From: a bacterium
Lineage (GTDB): Bacteria > Zhuqueibacterota > Zhuqueibacteria > Oceanimicrobiales > Oceanimicrobiaceae
Direction: 5' to 3'
DNA length: 55,568 nucleotides
NCBI GenBank assembly: GCA_046758365.1
Contig: JBHIAC010000007.1
Coordinates: 1-55,568 of the forward strand
Positions 9,794 to 21,184 of the stretch are shown here, piece after piece. The first letter of the stretch is position 1. Every line of letters begins with the position of its first letter. The translations under genes were made by a program, and so were the position numbers. The notes beneath the pieces were generated by a model. That model had not been told where the DNA came from and ran no database searches. It saw only the letters and a program-made list of their open reading frames with translations.

Positions 9794-11521
9794 TTGATAG
9801 ATTTTAAAAAACACAAATTTATAGTTGTTAGTTTGTTATTATTCTTATTTTATGGATCGGGTTGTTTAGCCCATGAAGCATCTTTTGTAGAACGTAAAAA
9901 GAACAAAAAGAAACAATCAGACCCCCAAAAATCCTATCACCCAAAGGCAGTTGATCTTGTAATTCAGGGTGCCATTTTTGATTTGCAAGGAGAATACCAG
10001 CAAGCTCTTTTAGCCTATCAAGAAGCAACCCTTTATGACTCGACTTCTGCGGCAATTTACAATGCTATTGCAAAAGATTATATATATCTTGGTAAGACAG
10101 AAAGTGCCCTCCATATATTAAAAAAGGCTCTAAAAATTGACCCTGATTTTTTAGAGAGCCGAGAGTTTCTGGCCAGGATTTATCAGCGCCAAGGTAAAGT
10201 CGAGCTTGCTGAAAAGGAATATCTTAACATCATTAAATTAGATTCGAACAATGTTAATGCCCATCTTAATTTAGCAGCAATATATTTGTCTAAAGATAAA
10301 ACAAATGAGGCGGCCTTTGAATATCAATATCTCATTGATATGGGATTAGCCAACCGGGATATTCAATTCCAATTGGGGAATTTATACTTTCAAGAAAAAA
10401 AATACGATCAGGCTTTTAGAGTTTTTCAACAATATATTCGAGAATTTCCTGAAGACGAGCGAGGATACTTAGCCTTAGGTACAGTGTTGTTGGCCAAGAA
10501 AGATACGACTGGGACCATTGATTGGTACAAAAAATCCTTTCAAGAAAATTCAAACTTTATCAACGTGCAAGAAGAATTAGCTAAAACTTATGTAGCCGTT
10601 AAGGATTGGGACTCAGCCATTAAAATATATGAAAATGCTGTTAAGAATGATTCTACAGATATTGTAAGTCAGATTATTGTGGGCGATTTATATTTAGAAA
10701 AAGGTGACACTGCCCAGGCCATTACAATATTTAATCATCTGACTGCAACTCATCCTGAGGATTGGCGTGGATTTTACAAGTTAGGAGTGATTCATTTTAC
10801 CAGTAGAAAGCTACTGGAAAGCATCTCCTATTTTGAGAAAACCATAGAACTTAATAAAAAACAACCCGATGCTTGGTTTCGCCTGGGTTTGGCCTATCAA
10901 CAAAAAGGTGACCTCGCAACGGCTGAAGAAAAACTTCGTAATGCTCAATCTTTAGCGCCAAAACATCCAGGTACTAATTTTTATTTGGGTAATGTACTTT
11001 TTCGGCGACATAAATTAGAAGAAGCAGTTAAATATTTAAATAAATCGCTCGAAAGTTCTCCTGATAATTCAGTGGCTTTAGGCACGTTAGCCGCGGTCTA
11101 TGATGAACTTAGTGAATACGATAAAAGTGAAGAATATTATCAAAAAGCATTAGATAAAGATCCAGATAATCCGGTAATTTTGAATAACTACAGTTATAGT
11201 CTTTCTGAGCGAGGCCAACGCTTGGAGGAAGCTCTGAAGATGGTTCTGAAAGCTTTAGAAGCTGAACCGGAAAATGGCGCTTTTTTGGATACCATTGGAT
11301 GGGTTTATTACCAATTAGGTGATTACGAGAAAGCCCTGGTATATATAACAAAATCTGTAAAAATACGCCAAGATTCTGCTGAAGTATTAGAACATCTGGG
11401 GGATGTTTACAAAAAATTGGGACAGATGGATTTAGCCATCCAGTATTGGGAAAAAGCAAAAGAACTGGAACCTGATAGAGAAAGTATTATTAAAAAATTG
11501 GAAATTTCAAATATCAAATAA
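9794..11521 (+). CDS. Exported tetratricopeptide-repeat protein
   Basis: Signal/lipoprotein-like N-terminus; many TPRs; C-terminal LNNYSYSL...FLDTIGWVYY...EHLGDVY. Confidence 0.9.
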   Translation: MIDFKKHKFIVVSLLLFLFYGSGCLAHEASFVERKKNKKKQSDPQKSYHPKAVDLVIQGAIFDLQGEYQQALLAYQEATLYDSTSAAIYNAIAKDYIYLGKTESALHILKKALKIDPDFLESREFLARIYQRQGKVELAEKEYLNIIKLDSNNVNAHLNLAAIYLSKDKTNEAAFEYQYLIDMGLANRDIQFQLGNLYFQEKKYDQAFRVFQQYIREFPEDERGYLALGTVLLAKKDTTGTIDWYKKSFQENSNFINVQEELAKTYVAVKDWDSAIKIYENAVKNDSTDIVSQIIVGDLYLEKGDTAQAITIFNHLTATHPEDWRGFYKLGVIHFTSRKLLESISYFEKTIELNKKQPDAWFRLGLAYQQKGDLATAEEKLRNAQSLAPKHPGTNFYLGNVLFRRHKLEEAVKYLNKSLESSPDNSVALGTLAAVYDELSEYDKSEEYYQKALDKDPDNPVILNNYSYSLSERGQRLEEALKMVLKALEAEPENGAFLDTIGWVYYQLGDYEKALVYITKSVKIRQDSAEVLEHLGDVYKKLGQMDLAIQYWEKAKELEPDRESIIKKLEISNIK

Positions 11522-11531
11522 TAATAATTTT

Positions 11532-12413
11532 GTGATTAAAAAATTTAGTCGGTGGATATTAACCTTTGACCTAATTTTCATAATTTTTCCCGCCATCGGC
11601 TTATTCACCCACTGCGCAGCTATTTTTAAAAGTACAACTCCAGACATTTCCAAAGTTACTCCTGAATATTTACAAGCAAAAGTAAAACAGAATTTACAAA
11701 AATTAAAAAGCTTTGAAGGACGTGCTAGAGTAATTATTGAATTGCCCGGGGCCGGATACAATGGTTTTTCTGAAATTTTCCTCAATATGCCTGACAGTGT
11801 TTTGGTAAAAACAGAAGCGATACTTGGAATTGATATTGGAGTTTTATTTATGGATCATAAAATCTTTGGAGCGTATGCACCTAAAGAAAACTCATTATAT
11901 TATGGTGAAATAGAACAATTAGATCTTAGAGATTTCCTTCAAGTAGAATTAGAGACCGAAGAGCTATATGAAGCGTTCACAGGTCTTACGAACTTTGAAG
12001 TGAATCCCACCTCAAAACTTAGTGTTTCAGATGGTAAATTTTTAATAACCACCCGATTGGAAAAGGGCGTAGTTCAATACTGGATCGACCCCAAAAAGTT
12101 TCTTATAACCAAGTGTATTCTTTTAAATAGCCATGGTAAAACTGTTCTGATTAAAGAATTTAGTCGAGTACGGAAAAGAAAAGGATTGGTGCTCCCGCAA
12201 ACTATTCGGCTTATGCGTCCGCAGGCCAGGGAACGGGTGACAGTTTATTATACCAAACAAAAAATCAATCAGGCGATCTCTCCTGAAAAGTTTAAATTAA
12301 AAATCCCCAAAAATGCTAAGCAGATTTATTGGGGAGATTTAGATCATCCTAGAATCGAACGCAAACCTCTTAAAAATTCTAAAAAATCCCAAGAGAACTA
12401 TGAAAAACCATGA
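11532..12413 (+). CDS. DUF4292/LolA-like fold lipoprotein
   Basis: Hydrophobic N-terminus ending FTHC; PDSVLVK...LGI; C-terminal FKLKIPKNAK; typical position after the TPR gene. Confidence 0.6.
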   Translation: MIKKFSRWILTFDLIFIIFPAIGLFTHCAAIFKSTTPDISKVTPEYLQAKVKQNLQKLKSFEGRARVIIELPGAGYNGFSEIFLNMPDSVLVKTEAILGIDIGVLFMDHKIFGAYAPKENSLYYGEIEQLDLRDFLQVELETEELYEAFTGLTNFEVNPTSKLSVSDGKFLITTRLEKGVVQYWIDPKKFLITKCILLNSHGKTVLIKEFSRVRKRKGLVLPQTIRLMRPQARERVTVYYTKQKINQAISPEKFKLKIPKNAKQIYWGDLDHPRIERKPLKNSKKSQENYEKP

Positions 12414-13341
12414 TATTAATCTATCGGTAGTGGTACCTTTGTACAATGAAGAAGCATCTTTGATTGAACTATATGGCCAATTGTCAGAGGTACTCTGTCA
12501 ACTTGAAAAGCCTGTGGAGATTTTGTTCATTGACGATGGTTCGACAGACCGTTCTTTCGAGGTTTTAGCAGAGCTGCATAAAAATGATCCTCAAGTCCGC
12601 GTTTATCAATTCAGAAGAAATTACGGTAAATCGGCTGCTTTAGCTATGGGTTTTAGCAAGGCCCGAGGGAAAGTTATTGTCACTTTAGATGCTGATTTGC
12701 AAGACGACCCTAAAGAGATCCCTAACTTGCTGAAAAAATTAGATGAGGGCTATGATTTAGTTTCTGGGTGGAAAAAAATCCGCAAAGATCCTTTTGTAAA
12801 AAAGGTGAGCTCTAAATTATTCAATCGAATTACCTGCCTGCTAACAGGATTGAAGATTCACGATATTAATTGTGGCCTAAAGGCCTATGGTCGGGAAGTA
12901 ACGGACACCATTAAAGTCTATGGCCAGCTTCATCGATTTTTACCTGTTATGGCTCATTGGGAGCGCTTTAGAGTAGGTGAGGTCGTGGTTCAACACCGTC
13001 CCCGAAAATATGGTAAGACCAAATTTGGTCTCTCCCGGTTCACCGCTGGTTTTTTTGATTTAATTACTGTGTTATTTTTGACAAGATATACAAAACGTCC
13101 TTTACATTTGTTTGGTTTGGCAGGTGTTATAGCTTTTATTGCTGGACTCATCATCAGCACCTATCTTACGGTCGAACGCTTGTTTTTGGGAAAATATTTA
13201 ACGAATCGTCCTCTTCTCTTTTTAGGAATTCTGCTTATTATTGTTGGTGTGCAGTTTGTTTCCATTGGGCTTTTAGGAGAAATGATTACCGAGGGCAGAA
13301 AAGACCATATTGAATATTCAATCAAGAAGACATTAAAATAA
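12400..13341 (+). CDS. GT2 polyprenol-phosphate glycosyltransferase (ArnC/DPM1-like)
   Basis: VVPLYNE, DDGSTD, RRNYGKSAAL, LDADLQDDP; two C-terminal TM helices. Confidence 0.92.
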   Translation: MKNHDINLSVVVPLYNEEASLIELYGQLSEVLCQLEKPVEILFIDDGSTDRSFEVLAELHKNDPQVRVYQFRRNYGKSAALAMGFSKARGKVIVTLDADLQDDPKEIPNLLKKLDEGYDLVSGWKKIRKDPFVKKVSSKLFNRITCLLTGLKIHDINCGLKAYGREVTDTIKVYGQLHRFLPVMAHWERFRVGEVVVQHRPRKYGKTKFGLSRFTAGFFDLITVLFLTRYTKRPLHLFGLAGVIAFIAGLIISTYLTVERLFLGKYLTNRPLLFLGILLIIVGVQFVSIGLLGEMITEGRKDHIEYSIKKTLK

Positions 13342-13412
13342 TAAGCAATTTACCTGGAAGAAATATCCAACAAATTTTAAAATTCATTTTTGAAATTCTG
13401 AGAAATTAATTT

Positions 13413-14441
13413 ATGATAATACGAAGCAAATCACCATTGAGACTGGGGTTGGCAGGAGGGGGCACCGATGTTTCACCTTACAGTGATCAGTACGGTGGAT
13501 ATATTTTGAATGCTACCATAGACATGTATGCTTATTGTACCATCGAAGTAACCAATAATAATAAAATCGTTATTTACGCTGCTGATAAAGATGAATATTT
13601 TGAATCCCCTACTATTAGCCATTTAGAAATTGATGGTAGATTAGATCTTCACAAAAGTGTATATAATCGAATAATTAAAGATTATAATAATGGAATACCT
13701 CTATCTTTTCAAATGACTACTTTTTCTGATGCTTTAGCTGGTTCTGGGCTTGGTTCATCTTCTACGCTTGTGGTGACAATATTAAAATCTTTCGTTGAAT
13801 GGTTAAATCTGCCTTTTGGTGAATATGATATTGCTCATTTAGCTTATGAGATAGAAAGGATTGATCTCGGCTTAGCAGGGGGAAAACAAGACCAATATGC
13901 CGCTACATTTGGTGGATTTAATTTTATGGAATTTTATGCTGAAGATAGAGTTATAGTTAATCCTTTAAGAATAAAAAGTTGGATCATAGAAGAATTAGAA
14001 TCTTCTATGATCTTATATTTTACTGGGATGTCTAGAGAATCTGCTAAAATTATTGCTGAACAAACAAATAATGTAAAGGATAATAATTTAAATTCAATTG
14101 AAGCCATGCACAAGCTAAAAGCAGATGCTTTAGTGATGAAAGAAATGTTATTAAAAGGCGATATAAAAACATTTGCTAAATATATTGGTAAATCATGGAT
14201 AGCTAAAAAAAATATGGCCAGCTCAATAACGAATAAAAATATTGATGAAATTTATAAAGAGGCTCTGAATCAAGGCGCATTATCAGGAAAAATATCAGGT
14301 GCTGGTGGTGGGGGTTTTATGATGTTAATGGTTGACCCTGTCAAAAAGTTGAAAGTATTAAAAGCACTTAAAAAATTTGATGGAAAAGCGGTTAATTTCC
14401 ACTTTACAAACCAAGGAACAGTTGGATGGAAAATCCTATAA
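13413..14441 (+). CDS. hddA: D-glycero-alpha-D-manno-heptose 7-phosphate kinase (GHMP family)
   Basis: [38 protein letters not shown]. Confidence 0.85.
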   Translation: MIIRSKSPLRLGLAGGGTDVSPYSDQYGGYILNATIDMYAYCTIEVTNNNKIVIYAADKDEYFESPTISHLEIDGRLDLHKSVYNRIIKDYNNGIPLSFQMTTFSDALAGSGLGSSSTLVVTILKSFVEWLNLPFGEYDIAHLAYEIERIDLGLAGGKQDQYAATFGGFNFMEFYAEDRVIVNPLRIKSWIIEELESSMILYFTGMSRESAKIIAEQTNNVKDNNLNSIEAMHKLKADALVMKEMLLKGDIKTFAKYIGKSWIAKKNMASSITNKNIDEIYKEALNQGALSGKISGAGGGGFMMLMVDPVKKLKVLKALKKFDGKAVNFHFTNQGTVGWKIL

Positions 14442-14517
14442 TTAAAGGGATTTATTAAGAAAATAGTATCGAAGCTAATATCAATACGAGTGTTGGGATA
14501 AATATTTTAAGTTTATC

Positions 14518-15645
14518 ATGAAAATAACCATCATTTCCACGGCTTACCCTTTAAGAGGTGGAATTGCGCAATATACTGGGATTTTATATAACAAACTAAA
14601 ACAAAAAAAACATGAAGTAAATGTTATAACATTTAAGCGTCAATATCCAAAATTTCTTTTTCCAGGAAAAACTCAGAAAGAAACAAGCCATGATGATTCT
14701 GTGAAAATAGAAAGTGAGCCTATAATAGACTCAATAAATCCATTAAGTTGGTTAAAAGTCTATCAGAAAATAAAAAAGCATAAACCTGATTTAATTATAT
14801 TTAAGTATTGGATGCCATTTTTTGCCCCCTGCTTTGGGAGTATCTGTTGGCTAACAAATATATTTACAAAGACAAAAGTACTTTTTATATGTGATAACGT
14901 TATTCCTCATGAAAAACGATTAGGAGATATAACACTCACAAAGTTTGCTTTAAAAAAAGTTGATTATTTTATCGTTCAATCGGATATTGTCAAGCAGGAC
15001 TTATTAAAACTTTTTCCCGCGGCCAACTATAAAAAAATTCAACATCCTATTTATGATATCTTTGGAGAAGTCATTGATAAAAATAAGGCTAAAAAAGAAA
15101 TTGGCTTGCATGATCGAAGGATTATTCTATTTTTTGGATATGTCAGAGCGTATAAAGGCCTTGACTTGATTTTAAGAGCCATGCCAGAAATTTTAAAAAG
15201 TATAGATGTTAAGCTTGCTGTGGTAGGTGAATTTTATGAAAGTGAAGATAAATATAGAAAGCTAATTAAAGAATTACAAATTGAAAACAAGGTCTTTATC
15301 CACTCAGAATTTGTACCAAATGAAGTAGTAAATTTATACTTTTCTGCATCAGATGTTGTTGTCTTACCTTATAAATCCGCAACGCAAAGTGGCATCGTTC
15401 AACTGGCATATCATTTAAATAAACCTTGTATAGTAACCAATGTAGGGGGTTTAGCGGAAGACGTAATTCATGGTAAAACTGGATTTGTAGTAAATTCTGA
15501 GGCTCCACAAGGATTAGCCAATGGTGTGAAAAAATTTTACTTCGAAAACAAAGAAAAAGAATTTACTCAAAATGTGAAAAAGCAAAAGAAAAAATACTCG
15601 TGGGAAAAAATGATAAAGGCTATCGAAGAGTTTGTTAATGGTTAG
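14518..15645 (+). CDS. GT4 family glycosyltransferase
   Basis: AYPLRGGIAQY, LFFGYVRAYKGLD, LPYKSATQSG, TNVGGL. Confidence 0.92.
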   Translation: MKITIISTAYPLRGGIAQYTGILYNKLKQKKHEVNVITFKRQYPKFLFPGKTQKETSHDDSVKIESEPIIDSINPLSWLKVYQKIKKHKPDLIIFKYWMPFFAPCFGSICWLTNIFTKTKVLFICDNVIPHEKRLGDITLTKFALKKVDYFIVQSDIVKQDLLKLFPAANYKKIQHPIYDIFGEVIDKNKAKKEIGLHDRRIILFFGYVRAYKGLDLILRAMPEILKSIDVKLAVVGEFYESEDKYRKLIKELQIENKVFIHSEFVPNEVVNLYFSASDVVVLPYKSATQSGIVQLAYHLNKPCIVTNVGGLAEDVIHGKTGFVVNSEAPQGLANGVKKFYFENKEKEFTQNVKKQKKKYSWEKMIKAIEEFVNG

Positions 15646-15788
15646 CGGAGAGGAATACACATTAAGAAATACAGCACCTATTAGCCCCCCAATCTCTAAA
15701 CCCACCATGGTGATGAATAACGAAGTTGTCGGTACTTTAGTAAGCATGTGCTTACCATATCTAAATCGCAGGTTAGGACTTTGCAGAC

Positions 15789-16517
15789 TTAAATTTTACG
15801 ACCGTGTATCAAAATCGCAGTTGATAAGAATGTAAACCGCGTTGTATCACTGCCAAATAATGCAGCACGTAAAAGTTGCTTCAACCATGGATTCTTAACT
15901 ACGTCCATGGGCGCAGTAATATATTGTGTGCTCAGGACTTCAAATGAATGTGAACGCAATAATTTAACAATATCCCGTTTTCGATAGATGCGCGCTTTGG
16001 CGAACTTACTATGAATTGCATTGGGCAACCATGAGAAAAAAGGTACGCGGTTCCAAGGCAAAAGCGGTAAATACGCACCATGAGTCTCAAATACCCAACC
16101 TTTATTAGGTACTGAAAATAGTATTTCTCCCCCTGGCTTTAACACCCGATGAATTTCACCTAACGCCTCTGTTTCATCCTGTACATGTTCAAGGACTTCA
16201 TAACTAACAACAATATCAATTGAGTTGCTTGCAAGTGGCAGATGTGACCCATCGAACTGAACTGGTATGGTGGTGCCAATCTTGTGACTTATCAGATAAT
16301 CTGCAAAAATTTGTAGATTAACTTGGCTAAGGTCAATTGCAATAATTTTGCAACCGGAATATAAAAATTCACTTGTTTGTGCACCATTGCCGCAACCGAA
16401 ATCGAGCACAATTTTATTTTCTAATGATAAAAGCTCTGCGGTAAGACGATATCGGCGTTTTACAATCTCCTGTTCATAATCCGCCGGTTTGCCCCGTGCG
16501 ACAGTTTTTGTTATCAT
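15789..16517 (-). CDS. Class I SAM-dependent methyltransferase
   Basis: VLDFGCGNG, EVLEHV, RVLKPGG. Confidence 0.9.
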   Translation of the reverse strand: MITKTVARGKPADYEQEIVKRRYRLTAELLSLENKIVLDFGCGNGAQTSEFLYSGCKIIAIDLSQVNLQIFADYLISHKIGTTIPVQFDGSHLPLASNSIDIVVSYEVLEHVQDETEALGEIHRVLKPGGEILFSVPNKGWVFETHGAYLPLLPWNRVPFFSWLPNAIHSKFAKARIYRKRDIVKLLRSHSFEVLSTQYITAPMDVVKNPWLKQLLRAALFGSDTTRFTFLSTAILIHGRKI

Positions 16518-16722
16518 GTAATTCTAACTAATCAGCCTTTAGAAAAAATGCGCCTTAAAATAAAACACTTTAGCCAATATATCAAGTCATTTTTCGTTAC
16601 AAAGAATTAGTTGCATAGTTAACTGAAATTTCTTAAATTTTAGAGAAAATAAAGTTTGAGTAACCTGCAAAAAGGTAATTAACCTAAAAGCTGACCTTCT
16701 TACTTTGGGTAATTAATATTTA

Positions 16723-17631
16723 ATGTCTGAGAATCATAAAACTAAATTTTCTGAACCTTTAGTTTACCTAATCATTCTGAATTGGAACGGAAAAGCAGAC
16801 ACACTCGAATGTCTCAGTTCTTTAGAAAAAATTCAATATTCTAATTATCGAATTTGTTTGGTTGACAACGCTTCCACCGATGATTCCGTTGCGGCGGTTC
16901 GTAATAAATTTCCACAGGTAGAAGTAATTGAAAATTCTGAAAACTTACGTTTTGCTCGAGGAAATAATGTTGGCATACAGTACGCTTTGGAACAGGGAGC
17001 GGATTATCTGCTCCTTCTTAATAATGATACAAAAGTAGATTCGGAGTTTTTAAAGGAGATGATGAAAGTTTCGGAATCTGATTCGATTATAGGAATGGTG
17101 GGGCCAAAGATATACTATTATGATCCACCTGATGTTATTTGGTCCGCAGGTGGGAAAATTTCATTTTGGACTGGAAAAATATCTCACCGAGGATTGAGAA
17201 AAAGAGATTCGGAAGTATTTAATAAAATTGTGGAAGTTGATTATCTTACTGCTTGTGCCCTTTGTGTGAAAAAGGAAGTCATTGAAAAAGTTGGTCTTTT
17301 GGATTCAAGTTATTTTATATATGCAGAAGATGCCGACTGGTGTGAGCGCACAAGACGAGCAGGATTTCAATTGGTCTTTGTGCCTAAGGCCAAAATTTGG
17401 CACAAGATTTCATCAACATCAGGTGGAGGACTAACGCCATTCAAAGCCCTTCATAAAGTCAAAAGTAATTTTCTTTTTTTTAAAAAATATGCACGGTGGT
17501 ATCACTGGCTTACTATTCCGATTTTTATTTCTGGAGGGACTCTATGGTTTACAATGAAGCAATTTACACATGGTAATTTTGCAGTAATCTCTTCTCTTCT
17601 GAAAGGATTTAAGGAAATTATAAAAACTTAA
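16723..17631 (+). CDS. GT2 family glycosyltransferase
   Basis: IILNWNG, VDNASTD, LLLNNDT, YAEDADWC. Confidence 0.92.
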   Translation: MSENHKTKFSEPLVYLIILNWNGKADTLECLSSLEKIQYSNYRICLVDNASTDDSVAAVRNKFPQVEVIENSENLRFARGNNVGIQYALEQGADYLLLLNNDTKVDSEFLKEMMKVSESDSIIGMVGPKIYYYDPPDVIWSAGGKISFWTGKISHRGLRKRDSEVFNKIVEVDYLTACALCVKKEVIEKVGLLDSSYFIYAEDADWCERTRRAGFQLVFVPKAKIWHKISSTSGGGLTPFKALHKVKSNFLFFKKYARWYHWLTIPIFISGGTLWFTMKQFTHGNFAVISSLLKGFKEIIKT

Positions 17632-17636
17632 TTTCA

Positions 17637-18362
17637 ATGAGTATGAATTCAAAAAATAGCTACCCAGAAGGTATTTCTATTGTGCTTCCGGCTTATAATG
17701 AAGAAGAAAATATCCGCAAGGCTGTGGAAGCGTCTTTGAATGTCGCTACAAAAGTTGCCAAAATGTACGAAATCATCGTGGTCAATGACGGTAGTACGGA
17801 CAGTACAGGAAAAATTTGTGATGAATTAAGCAGTCAAAATGGCTATTTGAAAGTCATTCATCACGATTCTAATCAAGGATATGGTGCTGCTTTGCGTACA
17901 GGCTTTACCAGTGCCCAATTCAAATTGGTTTTTTTCACGGATTCCGATAACCAATTTGATGTGTCCGAATTGCGCTATTTACTGCCCTTTATGGACACCT
18001 ATGATGTTGTAACTGGTTTTAGAGTCTACCGTTACGATCCTCTTATGCGACTTTTTCTATCTTGGGGGTATAATTTACTCGTAAAGTGGATTTTTCGCGT
18101 AAAAACCAGAGATATTGATTGCGCTTTTAAACTTTTTCGGCGAGAAATATTTGACCATTTTACCATTGAGTCCAATGATTTTTTTGTCGATACCGAAATC
18201 TTGGTGAAAGCTAGGCGTTTAGGTTATACTATCAACCAAGTTGGCGTACGTCACTATCCCCGAATGGCTGGTCATACCACGGTGCGCCCCAGCGACATTC
18301 CAAGAACTCTAAAAAGGATGTTTAATATTTGGAAAAGTACCAGAAAATTGAAATTGAGATAA
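17637..18362 (+). CDS. GT2 DPM1-like glycosyltransferase
   Basis: LPAYNEE, NDGSTD, NQGYGAAL, TDSDNQFD, DIDCAFKL. Confidence 0.92.
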   Translation: MSMNSKNSYPEGISIVLPAYNEEENIRKAVEASLNVATKVAKMYEIIVVNDGSTDSTGKICDELSSQNGYLKVIHHDSNQGYGAALRTGFTSAQFKLVFFTDSDNQFDVSELRYLLPFMDTYDVVTGFRVYRYDPLMRLFLSWGYNLLVKWIFRVKTRDIDCAFKLFRREIFDHFTIESNDFFVDTEILVKARRLGYTINQVGVRHYPRMAGHTTVRPSDIPRTLKRMFNIWKSTRKLKLR

Positions 18363-19100
18363 ATGGAAAAAAGAACCTATGAATTATTTAAGAACCTTCA
18401 GGAGCGACACTGGTGGTTTGTGGGAAGAAGAAAAATATTACTAACAATCCTTGATTCTTTAATCGATTCAAAGCCTATTCGGATTTTGGATGTGGGGTGT
18501 GGTACGGGAGTTATGGTCAAATATTTTGGTCAATTTGGAGAAATTTGGGGAGTAGATAGTTCAAAGGAAGCGGTGGAAGCCTGCCGAAAGGAAAATTTAC
18601 CCAATGTTTATCTGGATTCTCAATTCCACATGCGTGAAGAATTTGTAGACCTGATCACATGTTTGGATGTGATAGAACATATTGAGGATGATGTTGGGTT
18701 TCTGAAAAGATATGTAAGATACTTAAAAAAGGACGGTGCTCTAATACTGACTGCCCCTGCTTATAAGTTCCTGTGGAGTGACCATGACGTTGTAAATCAT
18801 CATAAGCGACGCTATTCGAAAAGAGAATTGGTAGAGCTTGTGCTTGCCTTAGATTTTAAGATTCAAAAAGTAACTTATTTTAATACTTTTCTTTTCCCGC
18901 CAATAGCTCTGATTCGGATATTGCATAAAATCAAACGCACATTTATTAAAGTGAATGTCGACAAAATGGATTCAGATTTTGAGTTTGTTCATAATTATTT
19001 GGATACCATTTTGAGTTGGGTGTTTGCATCAGAAAGGTATTTGCTGAAAAATCACCGATTTCCATTTGGGGTTTCCCTTTTGTGTATTGCCAGGAAGTAA
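18363..19100 (+). CDS. Class I SAM-dependent methyltransferase
   Basis: HWWFVGRR, ILDVGCGTG, LDVIEH, LWSDHDVVNHHKRRY. Confidence 0.9.
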   Translation: MEKRTYELFKNLQERHWWFVGRRKILLTILDSLIDSKPIRILDVGCGTGVMVKYFGQFGEIWGVDSSKEAVEACRKENLPNVYLDSQFHMREEFVDLITCLDVIEHIEDDVGFLKRYVRYLKKDGALILTAPAYKFLWSDHDVVNHHKRRYSKRELVELVLALDFKIQKVTYFNTFLFPPIALIRILHKIKRTFIKVNVDKMDSDFEFVHNYLDTILSWVFASERYLLKNHRFPFGVSLLCIARK

Positions 19101-19121
19101 CAATCAAAATATCTCAGTTAC

Positions 19122-20840
19122 GTGATCGTATCAAAATTAAAAACCTCGGAAAATCTAAAGAATATTTTATATTTAATGATTCTTACAATTGTTTATTTAG
19201 GTTTATCTCTTCCATACTTAAACCTGCCTGGAATTCAATATGATGAAGTCTACCATGTACCTCCAGCGATAGCCATTCTAAAAGGGCATCTCGGTGGAGA
19301 ACCCATTCAAATTGATCCTTCAATAATTCATTTATTTGGGCGACCCTTTCCACTCATGTTTAATTACTATACTGGTTTTGTAAAGACCTATTTATGTCTG
19401 CCATTTTTTGCGATTTTTGGATTCAACGTTTATACGATTCGGGGAACGGCCCTACTACTTGGTTTGACGGCCTTGGTATTTACTTTTTTATTTGCACATA
19501 AATTGACCAATAATAAATTTGTTGCATTTGCTTCAACTTTGTTTATGGCGACAGATGCCAGTTATATTTTCTATACCCGGACTGACTATGCCGTGGTTGG
19601 CACCATGATGGCCTTTAAAATGATTTCCCTATTTTTTTTGTTAAAATGGTGGCAATATCCGAAAATTAAATATCTTGTTATAGGTTCGTTTGTTCTGGGT
19701 TTAGGCATCTCAGACCGGGCCAGCTTTTTATGGATTCTTTTTTCTCTAATGGCTTTTGCAATTTTGTTTGTTTACAAGCAACTAAAACAAAAATGGCATT
19801 CAAAGCAAATTTCAGGCAAGGATGTAGCAGCAAGTCTGATTTCATTTACTGTTGGGGCTTCGATTTTCATAGCTTTTAATGTAGCAACCTTTGGAGGGAC
19901 CTTCAGGCCTGTGCTTGCAACATTCGGGAGCCATTCTACAACAGTGAATAATTTGAATTTTTTCAATAATCTATTTCTGCGTCTCCAAATGCTGACCGAT
20001 GTTTTGAGTGGTAAATATCTTTTTCATCATTATTTTGAGAGTCCAAGATATATCACCGACCAGTGGGTATGGTCCGGTTCTTTGTTTTCCTTGGCTTTTA
20101 CTCTGGCTTTTTTCTATTTTGTAGGAAAGGCGGTCTTTACTTTTTTAAAAGACAGACAAGTAGACACTAAGGAAGGATTTCTCATCTTAATGAGCCTTTC
20201 GCTTCTTCTCTGGAGTTGTTTTACACCAACCCTTTTTCGAGGTCACCAACTAATTATGCTTTATCCTTTTATTCATATATTAATTGCACTTTTTATTTGG
20301 CAAAGTGTTCAATACATTCGAAAGAAGTTTACTGGTGGCAGAATCAAGGTAAAATTTCTTCTAAGTGTTGCCCCCGCCGTAGTAGCCTTGATAATAGCTT
20401 CCAATTTATTGGTCATCCAAAAATATTACAAAGAACTTTTGAAAACCGGCGGCTTAGGAATCTGGTCTGACGCCATTTATGAGTTGGTGGATTATCTTAA
20501 ACGTCATCCTGATTGGACCGTGGTTTGTATGGACTGGGGCTTTAACCAAAATATTCTATCTTTATCGGATGGCAAAGTCAGAACCGAGCGGAAATATTAT
20601 AAACATAACCTGCAGGACGAAAAATCCCTTTTTGGCCTATTTCAAAAAAATTACATATTTCTCTTTCATACGGATAAATTTACATATTTTGAAAGACCCA
20701 AACATATTTTTTCACAAGCTGTCCAAGATCAAAATGCGAAGGTGGAATTGATTAAATCCTTTTACCAAAGGGATGGTGAAAAAGTGTATCAACTTTTTAG
20801 AGTGTATGTAGAAGAAACTAAACCAGGATTGAATAGTTGA
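19122..20840 (+). CDS. GT-C fold membrane glycosyltransferase (ArnT/PMT-like)
   Basis: Loop PGIQYDE after TM1, ~12 TM segments, soluble C-terminal domain; follows a DPM1-like GT2. Confidence 0.78.
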   Translation: MIVSKLKTSENLKNILYLMILTIVYLGLSLPYLNLPGIQYDEVYHVPPAIAILKGHLGGEPIQIDPSIIHLFGRPFPLMFNYYTGFVKTYLCLPFFAIFGFNVYTIRGTALLLGLTALVFTFLFAHKLTNNKFVAFASTLFMATDASYIFYTRTDYAVVGTMMAFKMISLFFLLKWWQYPKIKYLVIGSFVLGLGISDRASFLWILFSLMAFAILFVYKQLKQKWHSKQISGKDVAASLISFTVGASIFIAFNVATFGGTFRPVLATFGSHSTTVNNLNFFNNLFLRLQMLTDVLSGKYLFHHYFESPRYITDQWVWSGSLFSLAFTLAFFYFVGKAVFTFLKDRQVDTKEGFLILMSLSLLLWSCFTPTLFRGHQLIMLYPFIHILIALFIWQSVQYIRKKFTGGRIKVKFLLSVAPAVVALIIASNLLVIQKYYKELLKTGGLGIWSDAIYELVDYLKRHPDWTVVCMDWGFNQNILSLSDGKVRTERKYYKHNLQDEKSLFGLFQKNYIFLFHTDKFTYFERPKHIFSQAVQDQNAKVELIKSFYQRDGEKVYQLFRVYVEETKPGLNS

Positions 20841-21184
20841 AGGAGTTTTTGATATTTTGTTATGAGACTTAGCAAACACGTAGAAAAAGAAATGTAGGCT
20901 ATGGCTGTGCAAGCTCCTGTTGCTTTGTATAGTGTATTTTTTCTATATTGAGTAGTACGTATTATCGATAAACACTATCATTTGTTAGCGCTGCTGGCAT
21001 TACCTGTATTTTCCAAATGGAGCCGTGAAAGAAGGGAGAAGGACATAAATGCAGATAAAGAAAAAGGAATTCTGTTTGCCCATATTCTATTGAAACCCAT
21101 GTCTTTGGTTTTAGTAATTTTCTTAATGTCGCTAAATTGCCATTGAGAGGCCATAATTCAAAGCAAATAAAAATGGGAGATATT

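Noticed and set aside
14426..14517. Possible gmhA 5' remnant after hddA
   Set aside because: Only a vague resemblance ([16 protein letters not shown]); too short to support.
15514..15747. 77-aa hydrophobic minus-strand ORF
   Set aside because: Overlaps the GT4 3' end by ~130 bp and has no recognisable family; cannot be supported.
20841..21170. Possible decayed membrane-protein gene
   Set aside because: Only short hydrophobic frames interrupted by stops; no identifiable motif.
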